64,000 bases of DNA from Gammaproteobacteria bacterium (GTDB taxonomy: Bacteria > Pseudomonadota > Gammaproteobacteria > Eutrophobiales > Eutrophobiaceae): NCBI GenBank assembly GCA_965222155.1, contig CBDCTH010000012.1, positions 1,440,001-1,504,000 on the forward strand, given 5' to 3'. The first letter of the stretch is position 1. Each line of letters opens with the position of its first letter. A program made the translations under genes and the position numbers. The notes beneath the pieces are model-generated. The model had not been told where the DNA came from. It worked only from the letters and a program-made list of their open reading frames with translations, and ran no database searches. Positions 53,601-62,552 of this stretch are shown piece after piece.

Positions 53601-56600
53601 GCGGGCGCCGCTCACCAGCGCCGCCGCCGGGTTGATGGTGATGACCGTCTTGGCCGGGTTGACCGTCACCAGCGCCGCCGCCGTCAGGTCGGTGTTGCTG
53701 CCATCGCCCACGCGCACCAGCGTCAGCGCGGCCGTGGCCGCGGCCACAGTCAGGGCATTGCCGTCGGCCTGGCGCACCGCCTCGTCGAACTGCACCAGTA
53801 CGTCCGTGTCCACGTTGCCGGTCTTGGTCCCATGCGCCGGGACGAACGTCACCGTGGGCGCGGCCGTGTCCACCGTGAAGGTCGCCGACTGCTCGGCGCC
53901 CTGCTCGTTGCCCTGCTCGTCCTCTACCGTGTTCACCGGCAGCGTCACCGTGTAGCGGGCGCCGCTCACCAGCGCCGCCGCCGGGTTGATGGTGATGACC
54001 GTCTTGGCCGGGTTGACCGTCACCAGCGCCGCCGTCAGGTCGGTGTTGCTGCCATCGCCCACGCGCACCAGCGTCAGCGCGGCGTGGCCGCGGCCACAGT
54101 CAGGGGTTGCCGTCGGCCTGGCGCACCGGCTCGTCGAACTGCACCAGTACGTCCGTGTCCACGTTGCCGGTCTTGGTCCCATGCGCCGGGACGAACGTCA
54201 CCGTGGGCGCGGCCGTGTCCACCGTGAAGGTCGCCGACTGCTCGGCGCCCTGCTCGTTGCCCTGCTCGTCCTCTACCGTGTTCACCGGCAGCGTCACCGT
54301 GTAGCGGGCGCCGCTCACCAGCGCCGCCGCCGGGTTGATGGTGATGACCGTCTTGGCCGGGTTGACCGTCACCAGCGCCGCCGCCGTCAGGTCGGTGTTG
54401 CTGCCATCGCCCACGCGCACCAGCGTCAGCGCGGCCGTGGCCGCGGCCACAGTCAGGGCATTGCCGTCGGCCTGGCGCACCGGCTCGTCGAACTGCACCA
54501 GTACGTCCGTGTCCACGTTGCCGGTCTTGGTCCCATGCGCCGGGACGAACGTCACCGTGGGCGCGGCCGTGTCCACCGTGAAGGTCGCCGACTGCTCGGC
54601 GCCCTGCTCGTTGCCCTGCTCGTCCTCTACCGTGTTCACCGGCAGCGTCACCGTGTAGCGGGCGCCGCTCACCAGCGCCGCCGCCGGGTTGATGGTGATG
54701 ACCGTCTTGGCCGGGTTGACCGTCACCAGCGCCGCCGCCGTCAGGTCGGTGTTGCTGCCATCGCCCACGCGCACCAGCGTCAGCGCGGCCGTGGCCGCGG
54801 CCACAGTCAGGGCATTGCCGTCGGCCTGGCGCACCGCCTCGTCGAACTGCACCAGTACGTCCGTGTCCACGTTGCCGGTCTTGGTCCCATGCGCCGGGAC
54901 GAACGTCACCGTGGGCGCGGCCGTGTCCACCGTGAAGGTCGCCGACTGCTCGGCGCCCTGCTCGTTGCCCTGCTCGTCCTCTACCGTGTTCGCCGGCAGC
55001 GTCACCGTGTAGCGGGCGCCGCTCACCAGCGCCGCCGCCGGGTTGATGGTGATGACCGTCTTGGCCGGGTTGACCGTCACCAGCGCCGCCGCCGTCAGGT
55101 CGGTGTTGCTGCCATCGCCCACGCGCACCAGCGTCAGCGCGGCCGTGGCCGCGGCCACAGTCAGGGCATTGCCGTCGGCCTGGCGCACCGGCTCATTAAA
55201 GCGCACCTCCACGTTTGTATTCACGGTGGCCACCGTGTCCCCGTCCGCCGGGACGAACGTCACCGTGGGCGCGGCCGTGTCCACCGTGAAGGTGGCGCTC
55301 TGGTCGCTGTCTATCTGGTTGCCCTGCTCGTCCTCTACCGTGTCCTGAAGCAGCGTCACCGTGTAGCTGCCCGGCGCCAGTGCATTCTGCGGGTCGATGG
55401 TGATGACCGTCTTATCGTTGTTGATGCTGACCCGCCCCGCGCCCGCCAGGTCGGTACCGTCGCCGTTTACCTTCTTCAACTCCACCGCCGCCACCGCGTC
55501 CGCGTCCTCCAGCGGGTCGCCGTCGGCCTGGCGCACCGGCTCGTCGAACTGCACCAGTACGTCCGTGTCCACGTCGCCCGTCTTGGTCCCGTCCGCCGGG
55601 ACGAACGTCACCGTCGGCGGGGTGGTGTCATCCGTGATTGTGCCGGTGGCAACGGTATCGCCCAGCGCGGCCCAGCTGGGTAAACCGCCGGCGGGCGCAC
55701 TCACTTCCACCGTGAAGGTCTCAGGGTTTTCGACCTCGGTGTCTATCAGGGCCGGTACCTGAATCGTCGCGCTGGTCTGGCCGGCCGGGATGGTCAGACT
55801 GGCGTTGCTCTGCGGCGTGTAGTCGGGTGAGGCCCCCGTGCTGAGCGCCGCATTCGCCCCCGTGCCGTCCGTAGTTTCCCACTTCAAGATCAGGTCCAAG
55901 GACGCGGCCGTGCTCAGGCTCACCGTGAATTCAACATCGGTGCCCTCGCTCGCGGTCGCATCCGCGATGGACACCGTGGCCGTGTCATTGTCCGTAATCG
56001 TACCGACCGCCTCGGCGTCGTTTATTGTCACTTGAGTGTCGGGAAAATCGACGGCAGACGGAAAACCGCCGGCCGGCGCGGCAATAATCGCCTTGAAGGT
56101 CTCAGCGCCCTCGGCCAGGGTGTCCTCGGTAGTCTGCACCGTGAATGTCCCAGTCCTGGTGCCCGTCGCAATGATCACGCTGCCGCCCTGATTCTCCGGG
56201 TAGTCAGCGGGCGCCGTCGCGCTATCATCCTGCAGACTCCAGTCCACGGTCACGTCTGTGGGCCAGACTATGCCCAGAGTCACGGTGAACGTCATGGGCT
56301 GGCCTTCCTCCGCGCTCGCATCCGCAATGGACAGGGTGGGGGTATCGTCGTTACGGATGGTACCCGTGGCCTCGGTATCCACCAACGTCAGTGATGCGCC
56401 GGCCGGGAAACCGGCGCCCGGCTCGCGCAGCGTCACGATGAACGTCTCGTCCTGTTCCTTGTCATGGTCCTCGGTCGTCTGCACCGTGATCGTCCCGGCG
56501 CTAGCGCCGGCCGGGATAGTCAGACTGCCGTTACTCACCGGCGTGTAGTCGGCCTTGTCGCCGGTGCTCGAGTCCGCGCTGAGTGCGGGGTGGTCCCCCG

Positions 56601-59205
56601 TGGCGTCGTCCCCGGTTTGCCAGTCCAGGCTCACGTCCGCTGCCACAGGGTGGCTCAACGTTACTGTAAACTCGACAGCCTCCCCCTCTTCCGCGGCCGC
56701 ATCCGCGAGGGTAATCCTGGCGTCATCATTGCGGATTGTCCCCGTCGCCGGTTTGCCAATGAACACAGGCGAGTTCACTCCTTCTATGATAACGGTGAAG
56801 GTCTCGTCCGGTTCGGGGTTGGGGTCCTCGCGGGTATGCACCACGAGCGGGATGGCGGTCTGGCCGGCCGGGATGGTCAGCCACCGTTTGTATCGTCGCA
56901 GATAGTCGCTGGAGCTTGCCGTGCCATCCTGAGTGAACCAAATTATGTCCACGTCTACGAGCAGAATTTTGTCCAGCGTCGCCTCGAACGTGACAGTATC
57001 GCCCTCGGCGGCGGCGGCGTCCGCGATGGAAAGCGTCGCCGGGACGACGTTGCGAATCGTGACCCTGGCTGTGTTCTTATTGTTCTTATACCTCACGCCT
57101 TGTCCCGCGGGTAATGCGGGCACCTTGAATGTGACCGTGAAGTATTCGCCGTCATCCACTTCAAGGTCATACAAGGCTCTTCCAATAGAATAACTCTGGT
57201 CAGTGACGTTTGGCTCTATGGGGTATCCCGTTTCAAAGTAATCAGGACGAATATTAGCATTACTAATATGACCCCTGAACCAAGCATCATTTTGGTCCGT
57301 CGTGCCATGCGCCGAAGTTACACTAGCCGCCTTCACTGCTGTTAGAATCGGGTGCGACAGGACTATCGACAATTTGATTTCTTGTCCCTCGGGTATGGTT
57401 ACGTCTTGTAACGATATTTCCAGATCGTCATTGTCAATGGTGCCGACGACCTGGGTTGTCATCAGCAACACCCCGGCCGGCAACGAGGGTGCGCTCAGAT
57501 TGACATAAAACGTCTCGTGCGGCTCACTCACCTCGTCCTCAAGCGTCGCCACCGTTATCGTGCCTTCGGTGGCGCCGGCAGCAATGGTCAGGCTACCGTT
57601 GCTTTGCGCCGTGTAGTCATCAACGGTGTTCGGGTCATTATCGGTGGTCGCGGGGTTGTCCCCCGTGGTGTCAGCGGTTTCCCAGCGCAGGGTTACAGCC
57701 GACGACACAGCCTGGGACAGTCTGACGGGGAACTCGATGTCGTTACCCTCCTGCGCATGGGCATTGCCAACGTGAACCGTCGTACGCGTGGCTGCGGAGC
57801 CCGTGCCGAAATCGAGACTCCAGGCGGACGGCGCTGTATAACTGAAGCCCTGAAACGACTGGTGTCTGCCACGGCTGGGATCATGATACGGACGCTGGCC
57901 GAAGCCCGGCTCATCCACTATGACGACTATCCTGGGCGGCTTGCCGTCCGTATCAGGGGTGCCGGTGACGCTGAATTGCCCGCTGTCTGTCTCGCCCGCC
58001 TCGATTTCCGTCTCACCGGATACGGTCTTCCGGCCGTTCACCAGCCCGTCCTGGGCTTCGGCGCGCCATCTCACCTTTGTGGCGCGCAGCACACCCTGGG
58101 CAATTTTCACCTTGAAGTCGACAGCCGTGCCTACAGTCAAGGTGGCGTTACCGACGCGCGCCAGCGACACCTCAAGAGGCGCATGGGAAAAATACGCGTT
58201 CTCCACGTTGGCCAGACCGGCGAACAAGCCCGCCGGCAGGCTCGTGAGTGCCGGGTTATTTTGAACCAGGAGATGTTTCAACTTGCTCAGGCCGTTGAGC
58301 AGGGTTGCCGGCAGGCTGGTCAGGTGGTTATCCGATAAATCCAGGGATTCAAGATTGCTCAGGCTGTTGAGCAAGGTTGCCGGCAGGCTGGTCAGGTGGT
58401 TATCCGATAAATCCAGACCTTGAAGATTGCTCAGGCCGTTGAGCAAGGTTGCCGGCAGGCTGGTCAGGTGGTTATGCGTTAAATCCAGGGATTCAAGATT
58501 GCTCAGGCCGTTGAACAGGGTTGCCGGCATAGTCAGACTCTTATCCTTTATATTCCCGTTAGCCCCTAAATTCAGGACTCTAAGCTTGCTCAGGCCGTTG
58601 AACAGGGTTGCCGGCAGGCTGGTCAGGGCGTTGCCATATAAATTCAGAGTTTGAAGCTCGCTCAGGCCGTTGAACAGGGTTGCCGGCAGGTCAGTCAGTC
58701 GGTTCTGCTGTAAGTACAGGTTTTGAAGATTGCTCAGGTCGTTGAACAGGGTTGCCGGCAAGTCAGTCAGTCGGTTATTCTGTAAATACAGGTTTTGAAG
58801 CTTGCTCAGGCCGGCGAAATCGCCCGCTTTCAAGGAGTTAATATTCCTTCTGCCAAGATCGAGCGTAATCAAATTCGCCAGGTGGTCAGCGGTGACATCC
58901 TCGCAACGGCTGACGCCCGACAGGGTGTTGACGATTTCGTCCTGCACCGTCCGCGTACGGTCGCAGACCCCCGAGGCGGTCTGGGCGGCGGCGGGTTCGA
59001 GGAGCGCCAGCGCGCCGAGGCAACACAGGAGTGCGGCCAACCCGGCGCCGACCGTCGGGCGCACCCGCACCGCTCTCAGGCTGCCACCCTGCCCGGAAAA
59101 TCGGGGGGGGGGGGGGTAAGGTGCCGGGCGCAGTTGTAGCGCCCGCGCAGCGATCATGAAGGGCTTCCGGCCAACACTTGAATACGTGTGAACTTGGGTT
59201 TTCAA
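41662..59205 (-). CDS. Giant (~5,850 aa) surface adhesin: LRR head, Calx-beta x6, Ig-like x~28, cadherin x~8, C-terminal autotransporter-like beta-barrel; broken by several frameshifts in this assembly
   Basis: ORFs 54100-59205, 53046-54182, 52204-53127, 47186-53479 and 41662-47220 continue one domain series across frames; signal-like ..LLCCLGALALLEPAAAQ; terminal W; alternative ATG at 59157. Confidence 0.88.
43500..45710 (-). repeat. Tandem 318-bp cadherin-domain repeats (~7 near-identical units)
   Basis: Period 318 (43712, 44030, 44348, 44666, 44984, 45302); LDYET, TDSGGL, DVNE motifs. Confidence 0.92.
46660..55620 (-). repeat. About 26 tandem SbsA/Big_5-like Ig domains (339-354-bp units, several subtypes)
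   Basis: Recurrent PTVTF.P..G...F.E.VR...VELKK...ITI.P...L..G.YTV...V.D..GN...SATFTVD; eight near-identical 354-bp units at ~52455-55270. Confidence 0.92.
58200..58970 (-). repeat. 72-bp (24-aa) leucine-rich repeats with Cys-containing N-cap
   Basis: GTTGCCGG anchor at 58304, 58376, 58448, 58520, 58607, 58679, 58751; LPATLFNGLSxLxxLxLxxNxLT. Confidence 0.92.
59103..59116 (-). repeat. C14 homopolymer in the 5' coding region of the giant adhesin
   Basis: 14 consecutive G on the + strand; reads TAC CCC CCC CCC CCC CGA (Y-P-P-P-P-R), currently in frame. Confidence 0.9.
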
Positions 59206-59272
59206 GAACCCCCGTCAGTTCAGGGCAAGAAGCTGGTAAAACGGCAGCAGTTTCCGCGCATTTTATCAGCTC

Positions 59273-59327
59273 CCCGGGCACGCGGGCATCCTGTCCTCGT
59301 GGAGGGCGGGACGCCCTCCCTCCCGGG
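59273..59327. repeat. REP-like palindromic module, also carried inside MITE B at ~18441-18496
   Basis: GGGCATCCTGTCCTCGTGGAGGGCGGGACGCCCTCCCTCCC versus GGGCATCCTGCCCTCGTGGAGGGCGAGACGCCCTCCCTCCC. Confidence 0.75.
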
Positions 59328-59472
59328 CATAACAGTTATCGAAAGCGATTTTAACATGCGGCAACAACCCCCTACTCAACCATATTAAAATCATATTGTA
59401 CTATCATTGTAATAGCAAGTGGGAACCTGCAGTGGGCAATTCAATTTGTTGACAACATGTCATTATTCATTG

Positions 59473-60429
59473 ATGATTTATAAAACACGCAAAACCGAAA
59501 GCGTTGTCATTGACAATGAACATGCCGACCGACGCATCGATAATTTTCTGCTCGCTTTCCTGAAACCCATACCCAAAAGTCGCATCTACCAGATGCTGAG
59601 ACGTGGCGAGGTCAGGGTAAACAAGGGTCGCATCAAGCCCGACTACCGCCTTCAAGCGGGAGATATTATCCGCATCCCCCCGCTATTTGAGCAACCGGCC
59701 GGAATTCCCGACAAACCGCCGGCGCGCCTGGTTGAAATGATAAAGACCTGCATTATGTATGAGGATAGGCGGCTTATAGTCATAAATAAACCCGCCGGCC
59801 TGGTTGTACATGCAGGTACGGGAAGCGCTTTTGGTATTATCGAGATCCTGCGCGAGTTATATCGGCAAAAGCAGGACCTGCATTTAATTCATCGACTGGA
59901 TAAAGAGACTTCCGGTTGTCTGTTGATAGCTAAAAACATGACAATCCTGCGTCAGGTCAACCAGGCTCTGAAAAGCGGCGCCGTGCATAAAGAATATCAG
60001 GCCCTGCTGCAAGGCCGGTTACACGAAAAAAAAATCACGGTGAACACCCCGTTGCAACGTCATAGAAATGATTACGGCGAAGGACAGGTCAGGGTTGATG
60101 GCGCCGGCAAGACTGCCATATCCAAGTTTATGACAGTCAGGGTTTACAGGGATGCAACTCACGTCAGGGTCAGGATTGCCACCGGCCGAACTCATCAAAT
60201 CAGGGTCCACGCCGGTTCCATCGGCCATCCCCTTGCCGGTGACAAAAAATACGGAGACAGGGAATTTAACAAAAAAATGTACGCAGCCGGCCTGAAACGC
60301 ATGTTTTTACACGCCGGCAAACTCGCCGTACCCGAATTGAAAAAAACCGGAGAACATCAATTTATCGCGCCGTTGCCGGCGGACCTGGAGGCGGTATTGA
60401 CCCGGATTGCTCATCAAAGCACTTCGTAA
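59473..60429 (+). CDS. rluC: 23S rRNA pseudouridine synthase RluC
   Basis: RIDNFL S4 domain, NKPAGL.VH, HRLDKETSG, TGRTHQIRVH, MFLHA; start approximate. Confidence 0.92.
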   Translation: MIYKTRKTESVVIDNEHADRRIDNFLLAFLKPIPKSRIYQMLRRGEVRVNKGRIKPDYRLQAGDIIRIPPLFEQPAGIPDKPPARLVEMIKTCIMYEDRRLIVINKPAGLVVHAGTGSAFGIIEILRELYRQKQDLHLIHRLDKETSGCLLIAKNMTILRQVNQALKSGAVHKEYQALLQGRLHEKKITVNTPLQRHRNDYGEGQVRVDGAGKTAISKFMTVRVYRDATHVRVRIATGRTHQIRVHAGSIGHPLAGDKKYGDREFNKKMYAAGLKRMFLHAGKLAVPELKKTGEHQFIAPLPADLEAVLTRIAHQSTS

Positions 60430-60449
60430 TTCCAAGTCGGACTCACCGC

Positions 60450-60622
60450 AATGCCCCTGCCGTGTCGAGGCGTAATGGTAGGAGAAGACACCTCAAGGCT
60501 TGCTGTAAGTCGGGAAGCGTTCAGGATTTGGCCCTGATTGTGGGCGAGCATGGTCCAAACACGTCTCAGCGTTTCAGCCGGCACGCGCGGACCGAATTGC
60601 GGTATGTCACGCTCAAGATAAG
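60450..60622 (-). pseudogene. Second AAA_14/DUF4143 fragment
   Basis: LERDIPQ...MLAHNQGQILNASRLTASLEVSSPTI on the minus strand; overlaps and extends the 40398 remnant. Confidence 0.7.
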
Positions 60623-60715
60623 TTTAGATTTGGTTTTACTATCTGTAAGTTGTGCCAGAAACGCACTGGTGTCTTTAACATTCAGGAATGCATTAGATCA
60701 TTATATTGAACTGTT

Positions 60716-61483
60716 CTATATGCCTTCTATTTGGGGAGAGGGTATGTTGGTCTGCTGTTGGATGAAGTATTCGGTGATTGCCTGGATTTCGACGTCGTTT
60801 GGTGGTTTTTTATGGCAGTGGGTAAGTATGTCCTGGACCAGCTCGTCGTTTAATATTGGCAGGCAGTTCGAAACCTTGATTGTTTGCAGGTTATCGTTCT
60901 GAAGGTCTTTGAATTCTACGGTAATTGGTGTAGACACATCGTCTGTAAAGTTGATCTGCCAGTGTTCTTTAACGCCCAGCTCTTGATATTTGTTCAGTTT
61001 TGATCCATTAATCGATGTTACACCGACTTCAACAACAAGGTCCGGACCGTGATCGTTGATGAATTTTGTGCAGGCTGACGTGCCTTTTTCTCTGGCCTCA
61101 AGGAAGGCTTCGGAATAGTTTCCGATGTAATAACATTCATCGGGTTCAGGCCCGGTACTGTAGCCGCCCCTGGAGCCGCTTAACCGGGTTGATCCCAGTT
61201 CTGAATAGGATAGTTCCATACGGCAGGCGGCGTAGGAAATTATTCGTTCTGTTTTTTTTCCTAAATATTCGTGTATATAGCTGGGAGTCATAAGCATTAT
61301 CAGCCCGCGGTCAGGATCCAGGTAGACTCGCGGATATATTTTTTCCAGCGGAAGTTTCGAGAATTTGATGACGGTTTCTTCGTCTGTTTTAAAAACGGCG
61401 TATTCGGAGCCGACTGAATTCTTGGTGAATGTAATTTCGGGAATGGCCGGTTTTGTCTGTATGGTTTGACATGTATCGTTCAT
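60716..61483 (-). CDS. Uma2 (DUF820) endonuclease-like protein
   Basis: LDPDRGLIMLMTPSYIHE, EPDECYY, GPDLVVEV, YQELGVKEHW. Confidence 0.85.
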   Translation of the reverse strand: MNDTCQTIQTKPAIPEITFTKNSVGSEYAVFKTDEETVIKFSKLPLEKIYPRVYLDPDRGLIMLMTPSYIHEYLGKKTERIISYAACRMELSYSELGSTRLSGSRGGYSTGPEPDECYYIGNYSEAFLEAREKGTSACTKFINDHGPDLVVEVGVTSINGSKLNKYQELGVKEHWQINFTDDVSTPITVEFKDLQNDNLQTIKVSNCLPILNDELVQDILTHCHKKPPNDVEIQAITEYFIQQQTNIPSPQIEGI

Positions 61484-61507
61484 TGTCGTAAGACGATCTG
61501 TTAATTT

Positions 61508-61825
61508 TTACAGGAAATATATTAGCAGGGCAATAATGCCCGTATAGACGCCTATTGCCGATATTGTCCATTTGATTTGTTCGGATTTCGCGGCTTCAAT
61601 ATCGTGTTTTGTGGCCAGTCTGAGTTCTTCAATATCGTGTTTTGTGGCCAGTCTTAGTCCTTCAATATCTACTTTGAGTCCTTCAATATCGTGTTTTGTG
61701 GCCAGGTTGCTGTTGATCAGTTTTACCTGTTCGTCGGACAATGCTTCAGCCTGGGCCGTTGTGAAGCCGACATCGGTCATTCGTTGGATGAAGCGGTGAG
61801 TGTCAAAGGCGATGGCATTTGTCAT
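61508..61825 (-). CDS. DUF1640/CCDC90-like membrane-anchored coiled-coil protein
   Basis: AFDTHRFIQRM...GFT..QAEA head, repeated ATKHDIE beta-layer/coiled-coil units, C-terminal TM helix; GGAGG RBS. Confidence 0.85.
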   Translation of the reverse strand: MTNAIAFDTHRFIQRMTDVGFTTAQAEALSDEQVKLINSNLATKHDIEGLKVDIEGLRLATKHDIEELRLATKHDIEAAKSEQIKWTISAIGVYTGIIALLIYFL

Positions 61826-61944
61826 GGTTGGATTATCCTCCATTATAATTTTAGCATATTGTTATGTGGGGCGGTAATTTGAATAGTTATAGCTGCTTTT
61901 TTATGGCAGGGCAACCGCATACTTTTATATATCATAAGGAAGGG

Positions 61945-62150
61945 CAGGGCAAACGCATACTTTTGAATTCAGATGTTTTTGCCCGATTCCGTCATTCTGG
62001 CGCAGGCCAGAATCCAGTGAATAACCCTTCATTACCCTGAGCCTGCGCTGTTGTTTGACTGGATGCTGGCATTCGCCAGCATGACGGGCGGTGTTGTCCG
62101 GTTGGTTTCCTGTCTTCTGCAACAGAATCCAAAAGTATGCGGTTGCCCTG
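61945..62150. mobile_element. 206-bp MITE family A, 10-bp TSD TAAGGAAGGG
   Basis: Same TIRs as 9363-9568; TSD 61935-61944 and 62151-62160. Confidence 0.92.
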
Positions 62151-62157
62151 TAAGGAA

Positions 62158-62182
62158 GGGGACGGATTTGAAATCCGTCCCC
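62158..62182. repeat. GGGGAC..GTCCCC palindrome (variant of the module inside MITE B)
   Basis: GGGGACGGATTTGAAATCCGTCCCC. Confidence 0.65.
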
Positions 62183-62458
62183 GGAGAGTCCGCGTATGGG
62201 TGTACGCCAAAGCCTGCCCCCCTGCTTACAACCGCAGGGGCAAGCTCTGTATGGAGTTGAGCAGGGGGAAGGCGCACATCAAAAATCCGGCGCGATCATC
62301 ACATCCATTGGTGAAATATACGGGTTAGCCCGGACTTCTCACCACGGGATTGAATAAGGCCGCATCCTAAAATTTTTATGAGAACAGCAAAAACAGCAAC
62401 GAATGTTAACGATATCCTGTTATTATTGCTTGCCCACTGATAAATACAAAATCGTAAT

Positions 62459-62530
62459 TATAGTGTCTATTTCGGCAAAGATGGTGATGCGATTATCGTG
62501 TTACTAACCGGTGGCGGTTTACCCCATTGA
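62459..62530 (+). pseudogene. Remnant of RelE/HigB-like addiction-module toxin (HI1419 type)
   Basis: YSVYFGKDGDAIIVLLTGG resembles the GYRxYFxxDGxxxxxLLxGG C-terminal motif. Confidence 0.5.
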
Positions 62531-62552
62531 AACCCCTATGGCTTATCCGCTG

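Larger units (their letters stand above)
60530..61940. repeat. Direct repeat copy 2 of the AAA-fragment / Uma2 / DUF1640 cassette (genes intact)
   Basis: Shares blocks with 40398-41387, including the promoter region and the solo CAGGG TIR (61907-61926). Confidence 0.9.

Noticed and set aside
58290-58800. 72-bp periodic constant/variable pattern resembling a CRISPR array
   Set aside because: In-frame LRR coding units inside an open reading frame.
39300-59400. Prophage or ICE
   Set aside because: No integrase, phage structural or conjugation genes were seen.
61590-61710. 33-bp periodic repeats resembling a mini-CRISPR (also 41030-41150)
   Set aside because: No unique spacers and no cas genes; they encode the coiled-coil repeats of DUF1640.
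40398-61940. Diversity-generating retroelement (template/variable repeat pair)
   Set aside because: No reverse transcriptase in the window; differences between the copies are few and dominated by indels rather than adenine-specific changes.
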